A stretch of 64,000 bases of DNA. It comes from a virus (lineage: Duplodnaviria > Caudoviricetes). This document shows, piece after piece, positions 39,605 through 49,456 of the stretch. Every line of letters begins with the position of its first letter. Positions within the stretch are counted from its first letter, which is position 1. Made by a program: the position numbers and the translations under genes. The DNA is taken from positions 28,375 to 92,374 of the IMG/VR virus record IMGVR_UViG_3300025740_000004. One strand, given 5' to 3'. The notes under the pieces are model-generated. The model saw only the letters and a program-made list of their open reading frames with translations. It made no database searches and had not been told where the DNA came from.

Positions 39605-40338
39605 TGAAAATCCCTATCAATAAGTTTATTTATAGATAGAATAAATCTCTTCCAAACTTTAGGATCTTCGTGATAAAATTTTAATAAAGAATTTTCTGGA
39701 GTATAGTTTTTCAAATAATTCAAAGCGTCTTTTTTAGATCTGGATTTCTTCTTAATATCTTTAAAAACTTCTTCTGCTTCTGTAGATATATAAGCATCAA
39801 GTTCCCAAGGAAATTTATAATACTCTTTAAATAATTTTTCTAAATCTTTTTTAGCATTTTGTCTCTCGTCAAAATCTTTAGAATAGATAATAATTTTCTT
39901 TAACTTTTCTACATTATCCCTAAAAGATTTTATAACTTTATCAGACTTTTCTTTTAATTCTGGTTTGTTTAATTTTGGATCTATAGAATGAATTAACTCA
40001 TGTAAAATAAGTCTTCTAACATTTTTAAATTCATTTCCGCCTTTTTTAAAATCATTGTAAAGATCTTCTGAAACTGTTATCCAAAGAACATCATCCTTAA
40101 TCCAAAAGTGATATTTACTATCTTTTATATTAATATTTACTTTAACTTCTTTATCACCAAACTTAGATTGAATTTCTCCAGAATATATTTCTTTTTGATC
40201 AAGTTTCTTTTGAAAATAATTGTAAGTAACATGAGAATCTATAAGTTCATAAAGTTTTTTAATAACTTCATCCGCAAAATTTTCCATAGATTTATTAATT
40301 TGAATAGATGCTTCTGTTAAAAATGTAGTAAAGTTCAT
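39601..40338 (-). CDS. HExxH zinc-metallopeptidase-like late protein (paralog of previous)
   Basis: MNFTTFLTEA; LHELIHSIDP..YY.FPWE. Confidence 0.7.
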   Translation of the reverse strand: MNFTTFLTEASIQINKSMENFADEVIKKLYELIDSHVTYNYFQKKLDQKEIYSGEIQSKFGDKEVKVNINIKDSKYHFWIKDDVLWITVSEDLYNDFKKGGNEFKNVRRLILHELIHSIDPKLNKPELKEKSDKVIKSFRDNVEKLKKIIIYSKDFDERQNAKKDLEKLFKEYYKFPWELDAYISTEAEEVFKDIKKKSRSKKDALNYLKNYTPENSLLKFYHEDPKVWKRFILSINKLIDRDFQ

Positions 40339-40367
40339 ATGATTATTTATGTTTTCTAAATAACTAT

Positions 40368-40754
40368 ATGATAAAAACTATTCCAGAACATTTAATTTTA
40401 GTCGATTTATCTTCAGGTCCAGATGATATTTTATTTGAACTTTATTGTGATGTAGATTTAGAATTTTCTTTTAGAAATAAACTTTATAAAGTGACTATTC
40501 CAAAAGGATTTAGAACTAATTTTGCATCTGTTCCGAAAAAGTTTAGAAATGTTATATCAAATGTTTCTATGTTTAATAAATGTTATCTTCTTCATGACTA
40601 TATCTATTCTAAAGATTGTTTATTAAACTTTTCTAGAAGTGATGCTGATGTAATGTTAAGAAGAAATTTAGAAGATTTTGGAATGGATTTTATAGATAGG
40701 TGGACTGTATATTTTTCTGTTAAATATTTTGCAAAGAAACATTGGAAATCTTAA
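40368..40754 (+). CDS. DUF1353 family protein
   Basis: IPKGFRTNFASVP, LLHDYIY, R..AD. Confidence 0.8.
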   Translation: MIKTIPEHLILVDLSSGPDDILFELYCDVDLEFSFRNKLYKVTIPKGFRTNFASVPKKFRNVISNVSMFNKCYLLHDYIYSKDCLLNFSRSDADVMLRRNLEDFGMDFIDRWTVYFSVKYFAKKHWKS

Positions 40755-41203
40755 AACTTCTTCATTCTATTTCTAGTTTTTTCATTTCTTAATTTTACAA
40801 AGTTTGTATTAAAGTTTCTTTTAAAATCTTTTCTAATTTGTATTGCATCAAGTCTATTATTATTTTCTACCATAGCGATACCTTTCACCATCAACTTTCT
40901 ATAGGCAACTATTCTATTATATAATTGTAAAAGCTTTAGATTTAAATTTTGTCCAACTCTTCCTTGTGAAATGTTTTCTAATAATTCATCTGCAACTTTA
41001 TAAAGATCAAAAATAATATCATAAGTAAGTTCCGTAAATTCTTCAGACTTTTTCTTTGTTAAATTTTCTTTACTCTTTTGAATTTCTATAACTTGTTTTT
41101 CTAATTCAGTTTGTTGTTTGTCAACTTTCCTTTCAATTTTTTGTCCTATGCTCTGAGTCATTTTTTGAATCTGTTCTTGTAAATCTTTTTCAATATCTTT
41201 CAT
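40751..41203 (-). CDS. Coiled-coil late protein
   Basis: GAGGA RBS, TAAATA box upstream. Confidence 0.7.
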   Translation of the reverse strand: MKDIEKDLQEQIQKMTQSIGQKIERKVDKQQTELEKQVIEIQKSKENLTKKKSEEFTELTYDIIFDLYKVADELLENISQGRVGQNLNLKLLQLYNRIVAYRKLMVKGIAMVENNNRLDAIQIRKDFKRNFNTNFVKLRNEKTRNRMKKF

Positions 41204-41239
41204 AAATTCCTCTTTTGGATATATTTAGTCTATCGGGAA

Positions 41240-41287
41240 AATTAAATTTCTAAAATCCTTGACAACACAAATTAAAGATTGTAATAT
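41240..41287 (+). promoter_or_regulatory. Phage sigma70-type promoter (family copy)
   Basis: AATTAAATTTCTAAA..TTGACA-17-TAATAT. Confidence 0.8.
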
Positions 41288-41304
41288 AACTATGAGGTAA
41301 CAAG

Positions 41305-42270
41305 ATGAAACCTAATTTATTTGAAGAAGAAATTTATGATCATGTTCTGTTAGTTGATGGACATAGTCTAATTTTCAGAGTTGTTAATGCAGCACAATCA
41401 GAACTAGACAAAGAAAAAATGACAGATCCAGAGTTTACATATTTTAAAATTTACTTTATGAACGCTTTGAAAACCTTAGTTGAGAAGTTCAATCCTACTC
41501 GTGTAATCGTCGCTATAGACCCTAAAAACGGCTGGAGAAAGGGAGTATACAAAGAGTACAAGGCGAAGAGAAAGGCTGCTAGAGACTCTTCTAAAGTGGA
41601 TTTTGAGGCATTCTTTAAAGTGTTGGATCCTTTCTTAGAAGATTTCAAAAAAGCATTTCAAAATATAGAAGTTTTAAAGATCGATGAAGCTGAAGGTGAT
41701 GATGTTATTGCGGTAGCTTGTCAAAATATTAAGTCTAGAATCACTATAGTTTCTGTAGATAAAGATTTCTATCAATTACAAATTTTCAAAAATGTTAGTC
41801 AGTATCATCCTATAGAAAGAGTTATGAAAAAATCTTTAAATCCTATGAATGATCTACAGACAAAAATTATTGGTGGAGATGAAAACGATAACATTCCAGC
41901 AATATATCCAAGATGTGGACCAAAATCTGTAGAAGCTGCTATTAAGAATAATTTTATATATAACTTACATGATGAAGAGTATATAAAAGATGAAAAAAAC
42001 TATGCTGAAATTATTAAAAAATGTAAAATTGAACCAAAACAAATTCTAGAAAATTATGTAAGAAATACTCAACTAATTGATTTCAAACATATTCCTCAAG
42101 AAATTGTAAATAGAATTTTAAATGAACTTAATAATCCAGTTACTAAAAAATTTGATGGAAGAAAGTTTATGACATTTGTAGTAAAACATAATCTTAAACC
42201 AATTCTAGAACGTGCTCAAGACTTTACAAACAGTTTAGGAAGGATATGGTATCAAAATGACTCTATCTGA
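41305..42270 (+). CDS. rnh: T4 RNase H-like 5'-3' exonuclease
   Basis: LVDG, WRK..Y.EYKAKR, EGDD, DKDFYQL, GD.NDNIP. Confidence 0.92.
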   Translation: MKPNLFEEEIYDHVLLVDGHSLIFRVVNAAQSELDKEKMTDPEFTYFKIYFMNALKTLVEKFNPTRVIVAIDPKNGWRKGVYKEYKAKRKAARDSSKVDFEAFFKVLDPFLEDFKKAFQNIEVLKIDEAEGDDVIAVACQNIKSRITIVSVDKDFYQLQIFKNVSQYHPIERVMKKSLNPMNDLQTKIIGGDENDNIPAIYPRCGPKSVEAAIKNNFIYNLHDEEYIKDEKNYAEIIKKCKIEPKQILENYVRNTQLIDFKHIPQEIVNRILNELNNPVTKKFDGRKFMTFVVKHNLKPILERAQDFTNSLGRIWYQNDSI

Positions 42271-42487
42271 ATAAGTAAAACAAATAACAAAAAATTATAA
42301 AAATGTGTCTGTAGTAGATTTTGTAATAGATGAAATAAAACATCAAGCAAGAAACGGAAACTTTTATCTCAAAATCGATGCATATTTTCTAAGAAGCAAA
42401 TTTCTAACAGACTTTCTAATCAAAGAAGGATTTGAAATAACTTATGAAAATGATCTTGTAGGAATAATTAGCTGGGAGGAAAAATGA
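42257..42487 (+). pseudogene. First of three ...(I/V)SW-ending paralogs; in-frame TAA at codon 6
   Basis: ATG 42257 is in frame with ORF 42305..42487 but interrupted by TAA at 42272-42274. Confidence 0.5.
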
Positions 42488-42735
42488 ATTTAGCAAAACA
42501 AATGCATATACTAGCAGATAAATCTAAAAATAATCATGAAGATATTTTAAAAAAGAGAATCCTAGACTCTATCAAAACTAGTGCAGAATTAGGTTTGTTC
42601 AGTCTAGAATATAAGTTTAAATCACATCTTTCGTATATTCAATTAGAGATGATTAAAATCGCTTTAGAATATGAAGGATTTAAAGTAGAATTTTTAGATG
42701 ATAATAGATATATCTTTATTTCATGGGATTTATAA
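42484..42735 (+). CDS. Small phage protein (EGF.V..ISW family)
   Basis: GGAGG RBS; similar to flanking ORFs. Confidence 0.7.
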   Translation: MNLAKQMHILADKSKNNHEDILKKRILDSIKTSAELGLFSLEYKFKSHLSYIQLEMIKIALEYEGFKVEFLDDNRYIFISWDL

Positions 42736-42737
42736 TA

Positions 42738-43013
42738 ATGGAGAAAACAATGAACGCAAAAGAAATGAACAAATTTACAACAGATAATATTTTCTTAGGA
42801 ATAGAAACTTTAAAAGACTCTATCAAAAAAGAAATCACTCATCAATCAAATCTAAAACAGTTTAATACTGAAAGAGATTTCTCAAATGAAGTTTCTTTAC
42901 AAACTAGATTTGAACTAGTAAACTATTTAAGATCAGAAGGTTATTATTCAACTCTCTTAAATAATAATCAAACAATCTATGTAAGTTGGGGTGAAACAGA
43001 ATATGTAAACTAA
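42738..43013 (+). CDS. Small phage protein (EGY..VSW family)
   Basis: Similar to the previous ORF. Confidence 0.7.
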   Translation: MEKTMNAKEMNKFTTDNIFLGIETLKDSIKKEITHQSNLKQFNTERDFSNEVSLQTRFELVNYLRSEGYYSTLLNNNQTIYVSWGETEYVN

Positions 43014-43072
43014 GAATTTTCCATGTAAATTTCTCTAATAAATATTAAAACAATTGAAGAGAGATTATTTAC

Positions 43073-43567
43073 ATGGCTAATAATAGAGTATATAAAACTG
43101 GTGAATATAAATTAGTTAATCCAGGAAAGTATAAAGGATCTAAAGCACCAAAATATAAATCATCATTTGAAGAAAGAATATTTTGGTGGTGTGATGTAAA
43201 TGAAAATATTATAGAATGGTCTTACGAAGCGTATCCTATACAATATATTTTTGAAGGTGATAATACTTGGACAGATTATGAAAAAAGTCTAGCAGATAAA
43301 CTTTCTCATAGATACTATCCAGATATTTTTATTAAAGTTAAAGATAATGATGGAAAACTTGTAAACTATATTCTTGAAATTAAACCATACTCACAAACAG
43401 TTAAACCAGTAGAACCTAAAAAGAAAACCAAAAAAGCTTTAGCAAAATTTGAAAATGCGTTAACAGAATTTTTAAAGAATGCTAAAAAATGGGAAGCTGC
43501 TAGAAAATTTGCTAAAGAACGAGGAATGTTGTTTAGTGTATTGACAGAAAGAAATTTGTTTACTTAA
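43073..43567 (+). CDS. 4: gp4 head-completion nuclease (TnsA-like PD-(D/E)xK)
   Basis: NPGKYKG, YKSSFE, HRYYPD, EIKP..Q, KWEAA; late box at ~43039. Confidence 0.9.
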   Translation: MANNRVYKTGEYKLVNPGKYKGSKAPKYKSSFEERIFWWCDVNENIIEWSYEAYPIQYIFEGDNTWTDYEKSLADKLSHRYYPDIFIKVKDNDGKLVNYILEIKPYSQTVKPVEPKKKTKKALAKFENALTEFLKNAKKWEAARKFAKERGMLFSVLTERNLFT

Positions 43568-43604
43568 TACACGAAATTTGTTGGAAAGAGTTTGAGATAA
43601 AATT

Positions 43605-46600
43605 ATGATAAAATTGAAGGAGAATGAAAGAATGGTTAAATATGATGATGTGAAGGATTTGACTACAGAAGAATATTTTAATGGTAATAATTTTAGTATA
43701 GATATTTTTAATAAGAAATATTCTTTGAACGGTGAAACATATGTTCAAACATTAAAGAGAGTTTGTGATTATATCGCATCGGCTGAAGATACTGAAGAAA
43801 AAAGAAAATACTGGTCTGATAGATGGTTTGATGAAATATTTAATGATTGGTGGCACCCTGCTGGAAGTATTATGCAAGGAGCAAATTCAGGTAAAAAAAT
43901 TTCAATGGCTAACTGTACTACAATTTCTTTGGGAGTAAATGATGAAGATTCTGAATGGGATAATTTAGAATCTATTTATAAAAATACAGCTTATACTGTT
44001 GCTAAGACCGCAGCATACAGACAAGGTCTCGGTTTGGACTTTTCTAGAATCCGTCCACAAGGTTTGAATGTTTTGAATAGCAGTAAAGAATCTCAAGGTG
44101 TTATTCATTGGATGAAATTTATTGATTCTATTGGAAATTTTATTGGTCAATCTGGTAGAACTCCTGCTATGCTTATGTCATTAAATATTTCTCATCCAGA
44201 TATTGAAAATTTTATTACTGTCAAATCAGATTATACAAAAATTCAAAATGCTAATATTTCAGTACAAATTACAAATGATTTTATGGAAGCCGTTAAGACA
44301 AATTCTGATTGGGAGTTGATTTTTGAAATTCCTGAAGTAAAAGTAGGCGATAAAGTTTATGTGGATGTACATTCTATTGATATGGATTGTTTAAAAGATG
44401 AATCTGGAAAGTATTATAAAATTGCTACAAAAAATCGTCCTTATGAAAAGATTGTAAAGAAAGTAAACGCAAAAGAATTGTTAGAACTTCTCGCAAAAAA
44501 TATGTTACAAAATGCAGAACCAGGAGTTCAATTTATAGATATGGCGAAGTATTGGAGTAATTCAGATTATCTTTATGAAGAAAATGTAGAATACGATCCA
44601 AGAATTATTTCCACAAATGCTCCATTAGTAGGTGATACTATAGTAAATTCTATAGAATATGGTAAAACCACTATAAAAGATTTATATAATAATGGTAATG
44701 CTAGTTTATTTGTTTATAATATAGCATCAAAAGCACCACAAATATTAACAATTAATTCACAATTTAAGAAATTTGAAAACCAACAAGTTTGGAAAATTAT
44801 TCTTGAAAACGGAAAAATATTTAAATGTAACGGAGAACATAAGTGGTATGTAGATGGTTCTATGAAAGAAACTTATAAATTAATTGCTGGAGATTCTTTT
44901 GTATTAATTTCTGGTCTAGAGACACAATTAATTAAGATTATTTCTATAGAAAAATTAAATGAATTTGAAGATATGTATTGTGCTGTAGTTCCGACATATC
45001 ATTCATTTTTAGTAGATGATGGTTATGTAACATCAAATTGTTCAGAACAATATCTATCAAGAGAAAGCTTATGTGTTCTAGCATCAATTAATTGTGGTAA
45101 ATTTTCTACAAATAAATACGAAGAAGAACTTTCTATTATTGCGCCATCTGTAAATAGATTTTTGGATAATGTAAATGAAATGGAAGTTAGGGATAATACA
45201 TATGCGACACCTCATCAAAAAGTTGCAATTCAAGCTTTACGAAGAACTGGCGCAGGGTTAACAAATCTTTCTGGATGGTTATTTAAGAATAATGCTGCTT
45301 ATGGATCTACAGAAGGAAATGAACTTTTAGAAAAATTTAATGAAAGATATAATTATTTCCTTTATAAATCTTCTATTGAACTTGGTGAGGAAAAAGGTTC
45401 ATTTGGAATGTTTTCAGAAGAAAAATATACTAAATCTCCATTCATTCAAAATCTTATGAAAAAGGGATTAAATTTTAAAACAATGAGAAATGTTACTTGT
45501 TCATCAATCGCACCAGCAGGAACACTATCTACCATGTTTAGAGATTTCGTTATGTCATATGGTGTAGAGCCAGCATTTGGATTATATTTCTGGAAAAGAA
45601 CTAGGATATCTGGAAAGTATGAATATTACTTTTGTGTTCCTAATGTTGTTAGAGAATATTTTAAACAATCCGGATATGAAATTCCAATGACAGTGGATTG
45701 CTTAAAAGATACATGGGACGGTTCTTTAGGAGCACCTATCGCAAAGTTTATTGATGAGTCTAGAGAAAAGTTAGCAATCAGATTTAAAACTGCTACAGAA
45801 GTTCCAGTTCAAGATAAATTAGATCTTATGTCTAGGTTAATGAAAGATGTAGACTCTTCAATTTCAGTTACTTATACTCTTCCTGAAGGTTCTACTTGGA
45901 AAGATACTTATGATCTTATCGTAGGAGCTTATGAAAAGGGTGTCAAGTCTATTGCAGCATTCCCAGACAAGAAAATGTATGGAATTATTTCATTCATTCC
46001 TTTTAGAGATCTTGCTGTAAAGTTGACTAAAGAAAATGTCGCAATTTATGATGGTAATTTATCTGAAGAAGAAAAGAAAGAATTGGGTATTGTTAAAGCT
46101 GGTTCACAAAAATCATTTAGTTCAGATGCACCAAAGAGAAATAAAACTTTAGATCAAGATGTTTATGTTGTAACGTCTAAAGGAAAAAAATATATTATTT
46201 CTGTTGGTAAACAAGATGGTAAACTTTATGAGATTTTTGGTGGATTAATTCCAGATAATCTTTCTTTTAAGTTCACACACAAACATGGAAAAATGACAAA
46301 AGTTTCACAAGGTCATTATACATTAGAAATTGGTGATGATATAGTTGTTAACAATTTTGGAGAAATTTTTACTGCGGAAGAACAAATGTTATTTAGAATG
46401 ATTTCAACATCTTTACGTCATGGAATTCCAGTAAAGTTTATTGTTCAACAAATGGCAAAATCTGCTGAAGATATGTCTTCGTTAACATCAGTAGTTAGTA
46501 GAGTTTTGAAGAAATATATTCAAGATGGTGAAACTGCAAATGGAATGAAATGTCCTGTGTGTAGTAGTAAAGAACTGATATATGGTGATGGATGTGTTAG

Positions 46601-46631
46601 CTGTTCTTGCGGATGGTCACGATGTTCTTGA
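43605..46631 (+). CDS. nrdJ: Class II (AdoCbl-dependent) ribonucleotide reductase with intein
   Basis: ANC, NA|CSE, CVLASIN, SIAPAGT, C-terminal TSCPD-like/zinc-ribbon region; no nrdB nearby. Confidence 0.88.
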   Translation: MIKLKENERMVKYDDVKDLTTEEYFNGNNFSIDIFNKKYSLNGETYVQTLKRVCDYIASAEDTEEKRKYWSDRWFDEIFNDWWHPAGSIMQGANSGKKISMANCTTISLGVNDEDSEWDNLESIYKNTAYTVAKTAAYRQGLGLDFSRIRPQGLNVLNSSKESQGVIHWMKFIDSIGNFIGQSGRTPAMLMSLNISHPDIENFITVKSDYTKIQNANISVQITNDFMEAVKTNSDWELIFEIPEVKVGDKVYVDVHSIDMDCLKDESGKYYKIATKNRPYEKIVKKVNAKELLELLAKNMLQNAEPGVQFIDMAKYWSNSDYLYEENVEYDPRIISTNAPLVGDTIVNSIEYGKTTIKDLYNNGNASLFVYNIASKAPQILTINSQFKKFENQQVWKIILENGKIFKCNGEHKWYVDGSMKETYKLIAGDSFVLISGLETQLIKIISIEKLNEFEDMYCAVVPTYHSFLVDDGYVTSNCSEQYLSRESLCVLASINCGKFSTNKYEEELSIIAPSVNRFLDNVNEMEVRDNTYATPHQKVAIQALRRTGAGLTNLSGWLFKNNAAYGSTEGNELLEKFNERYNYFLYKSSIELGEEKGSFGMFSEEKYTKSPFIQNLMKKGLNFKTMRNVTCSSIAPAGTLSTMFRDFVMSYGVEPAFGLYFWKRTRISGKYEYYFCVPNVVREYFKQSGYEIPMTVDCLKDTWDGSLGAPIAKFIDESREKLAIRFKTATEVPVQDKLDLMSRLMKDVDSSISVTYTLPEGSTWKDTYDLIVGAYEKGVKSIAAFPDKKMYGIISFIPFRDLAVKLTKENVAIYDGNLSEEEKKELGIVKAGSQKSFSSDAPKRNKTLDQDVYVVTSKGKKYIISVGKQDGKLYEIFGGLIPDNLSFKFTHKHGKMTKVSQGHYTLEIGDDIVVNNFGEIFTAEEQMLFRMISTSLRHGIPVKFIVQQMAKSAEDMSSLTSVVSRVLKKYIQDGETANGMKCPVCSSKELIYGDGCVSCSCGWSRCS
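44622..45038 (+). mobile_element. Class 3 mini-intein (139 aa) starting with Pro
   Basis: PLVGDTIV..CNGEHKW..MYC..VTSN|C; W(B12)-C(F4)-T(G5) triplet. Confidence 0.85.
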
Positions 46632-46661
46632 AAATTTTCCCTTGACAAACTAAATTAAATG

Positions 46662-48067
46662 TGTAAATTCATTTATATGATGTTATATATAAACATGAGT
46701 GAATATAAATTTTTATTTTAAAGAAAATATAAATAATTATATAAATCTAAGGAAGTAAATGATCAGAAGTTCTAAACATAGTGTGAAATTCGCAAATGGT
46801 GGAAAGCAAGAACTGCTTTCCATGTTTGTAGATTGTTACAAAGATGCTTTAGAATTTTATGTTTCTTATTTGTGGGATTCTAGAATTGAACATGATGGTT
46901 ATTTGTTAGATGTTGCTCAAGGGTTTTATGTATGTCCTAAGTTCATTTCTTCGGAAGTGAAACCAAAGGTTTCACGATTGACCGCAAGAGCTTTAAAATG
47001 TGCAGCTACACAAGCAAGTGCGATTGTAAGATCAGTGTTGAATAAAAGAGAAAGAGACGAGAACCGTCTAGAGTGGAAGAAATCTAAAGGGATGAAAGAT
47101 GAAAGGTTAGAGAAGAAACTTTCAAAGGCTCCAACTAAGCCAAATTTAAAAAATATTCATTGTGATTTGAATTCTATTTTGTGCAGTTTGACCGAAGGTC
47201 AAAACACTTTTGATTTTTGGTTAGAATTGCATTCTTTGTTTTCGGATGTTCGTGGATTGAAAGTTTTTCTTCCTTTGAAGAACTTCACTAGAGCGAAGAA
47301 GTGGCAGTCTCAAGGAGAGATTCTAAATGGGATTTCAGTTTCTAAAGAGACGGTGACTTTGCGTTATGAAGTTGCAGGAGTGCCTAAGAAAGAGATTGGA
47401 GATGTCATAGCAGTTGATCAAGGCTTGTCAACTTTATTGACAACTTCAAGGAATGATGAGTTTCCTTTAGATATACATGGTCATACATTGAGTTCAATTT
47501 TAGAGAAGCTATCTAGTTGCAAGTTAGGCTCAAAGGGATTTGATCGCGCTTCCGCGCATAGAAAGAATCACATCAATTGGTTAGTTAAACAATTAAACTT
47601 AAGCAATGTCAAAGAGTTAAAATTAGAGAACATAGAGAATATTAAATATGGAGTGTGTGTTTCTAGATTGTTGAAGCATTGGAGTAATCCATTGATTCGA
47701 GATTCGTTAATTAAACTAGGTGAGGAACTAGGCGTCCTAGTGACTCTTGTAGGTAACGAATTTAATAGTCAGAGATGTAACAAATGTGGATGGGTCCAAA
47801 AATCAAACAGAAAGGGAAAAGTGTTTCATTGTAAACACTGTCATCATGAAGATGATGCAGATGCTAACGCATCTAAAAACATCTTAGATAGACATATGTT
47901 GTTTGAGTTACCTTTTGGGTTCAGGTCATTGAAGAAAAACTTAGTTGGTTTCTTTTGGAATCAGAATGGTTTGTTTTCAAAGACTGGTGAGGAGATTACA
48001 GTCCCTCAATCCATAAAAACGTAAAAATATAACTAATCAAAAGATTTACTTATATTCTACGTAACTG
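46662..48067 (+). mobile_element. Non-autonomous TnpB element (IS607/IS605-like) inserted in a phage promoter
   Basis: TG(T) at both ends; removal rebuilds TTGACA-17-TATCTT; ATATAAA repeats at the left end; no tnpA. Confidence 0.7.
46759..48024 (+). CDS. tnpB: TnpB RNA-guided endonuclease
   Basis: RuvC VDQG / LENI / DADANASKNI; zinc finger SQRCNKCG..CKHC. Confidence 0.92.
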   Translation: MIRSSKHSVKFANGGKQELLSMFVDCYKDALEFYVSYLWDSRIEHDGYLLDVAQGFYVCPKFISSEVKPKVSRLTARALKCAATQASAIVRSVLNKRERDENRLEWKKSKGMKDERLEKKLSKAPTKPNLKNIHCDLNSILCSLTEGQNTFDFWLELHSLFSDVRGLKVFLPLKNFTRAKKWQSQGEILNGISVSKETVTLRYEVAGVPKKEIGDVIAVDQGLSTLLTTSRNDEFPLDIHGHTLSSILEKLSSCKLGSKGFDRASAHRKNHINWLVKQLNLSNVKELKLENIENIKYGVCVSRLLKHWSNPLIRDSLIKLGEELGVLVTLVGNEFNSQRCNKCGWVQKSNRKGKVFHCKHCHHEDDADANASKNILDRHMLFELPFGFRSLKKNLVGFFWNQNGLFSKTGEEITVPQSIKT

Positions 48068-48075
48068 TTATCTTA

Positions 48076-48107
48076 GGCTGATGGGTTGAGCTATGTCAGT
48101 CTTTTTT
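48076..48107 (+). terminator. Intrinsic terminator
   Basis: GGCTGA/TCAGTC stem followed by TTTTTT. Confidence 0.7.
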
Positions 48108-48121
48108 ATTAGAAAGGTTTC

Positions 48122-48568
48122 ATGAAAGTTATTAATAAAAATATTTTAGAAATTTCTGATGGATTGATTTGCCATGCTTGTAATTGTCAGAACAAGTTTG
48201 GAAAAGGTTTAGCTAAAAGTATTCGAGATAAGTTTCCGCAAGTTTACCATGAGTTTTTAAAATTTTCTTCGCTACATAATTTTCCAAAAGATAGATTGGG
48301 AAAGATTCAGGAAGTTTATATTAATAAAAATTTATCTGTAGTGAATATTTTCTCACAACTTTATTATGGAAATTCTAAAGAGACTAGAATAGATTATAAT
48401 AATTATCCAGAAATGAGAAAATGTTTTATAGAGTTAAGTAAAATTAGAAACAATAGACCTATATATTTCCCATATGGTTTTGGATCTGGTTTAGCTGGTG
48501 GTGATTGGAATAAAATTTCTAGTATGATAGAAGAATATTTTCCAGATGTTATTTATTGTAAAATTTAA
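48122..48568 (+). CDS. Macro-domain (ADP-ribose processing) protein
   Basis: HACNC..GKGLA, NIFSQ, GSGLAGGDW. Confidence 0.88.
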   Translation: MKVINKNILEISDGLICHACNCQNKFGKGLAKSIRDKFPQVYHEFLKFSSLHNFPKDRLGKIQEVYINKNLSVVNIFSQLYYGNSKETRIDYNNYPEMRKCFIELSKIRNNRPIYFPYGFGSGLAGGDWNKISSMIEEYFPDVIYCKI

Positions 48569-48580
48569 AGAAAGGTTTCT

Positions 48581-49117
48581 ATGAATAGTTATGAATTTTC
48601 TAAATTTTATTCTGGAAAGGTTATTAAAATCGTTCAGAATTTGATCGATGGAAAGAAATATAAAAATTGTAAGAATAAAAATGGTTATACGTTTAATATG
48701 AAGAGTTATGGTTTTAGAACAAACTTTTGGATTGAATTTGTTTCTGGAACTCTTCGAAATGGTGATTTATTTTTATATGATGATTGTAGAGGAATTTGTA
48801 CACCAGATTTTATTAGAATTCCTATCTTTCATAATGATAAAGTTTTTGTAGAATTAGATTATTTAAGATCAGTTTTAATTCATGAGTTTACGCATTGTTA
48901 TCAGAAACAATATACAGTAAGTTTTAAAAGTTCTGAAGATGATTATTATTTGTGGTTGGCTGATGAGAATGAACAGGAAGCTATTTTAAATCAATTTGAA
49001 TTTGGATTAGAAAGTGGAAAGAGTTTTGGAGAATTACTTAAGATAAGAAATTTCAAAGAGTTGTATAAAATTTATCCTGAATTGTTTGTAAAATTTAAAG
49101 AAAGATCAAGAGAATAA
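48581..49117 (+). CDS. HExxH-motif protein
   Basis: LIHEFTHCYQ..E.EA. Confidence 0.65.
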   Translation: MNSYEFSKFYSGKVIKIVQNLIDGKKYKNCKNKNGYTFNMKSYGFRTNFWIEFVSGTLRNGDLFLYDDCRGICTPDFIRIPIFHNDKVFVELDYLRSVLIHEFTHCYQKQYTVSFKSSEDDYYLWLADENEQEAILNQFEFGLESGKSFGELLKIRNFKELYKIYPELFVKFKERSRE

Positions 49118-49168
49118 AGAAAATTCTGAACGTAAACTTTTAGAAAAATTGAAAAGGAAATATGAAAA

Positions 49169-49456
49169 ATGAACTATATATCTGAGCAAAAGAGATTAAA
49201 TATTGTAATAACTATTTGGTCTAGCATTTCTGGAATGTTTTGTAATATGTTAAATCCAGAATTTCGAGGACATAATTTTAAATGGAAATCTGATTTGATT
49301 ATAAACTATGCTTGTGATATGGTGTGGTGTCAACATAATTGTAATGATAAGATGGTTAGAAATTTTGAATGTACTGTAAAAGAATATAGTAGAAAACTTG
49401 CAATAGAAATATATAATGATATGTTAGAAAAATCTAATTTAAAGGATGAAAAATGA
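49169..49456 (+). CDS. Hypothetical protein
   Basis: ORF track. Confidence 0.6.
   Translation: MNYISEQKRLNIVITIWSSISGMFCNMLNPEFRGHNFKWKSDLIINYACDMVWCQHNCNDKMVRNFECTVKEYSRKLAIEIYNDMLEKSNLKDEK

Noticed and set aside
46632-48121. Cas12f-type CRISPR system
   Set aside because: No repeat-spacer array or cas genes near tnpB or elsewhere in the window.
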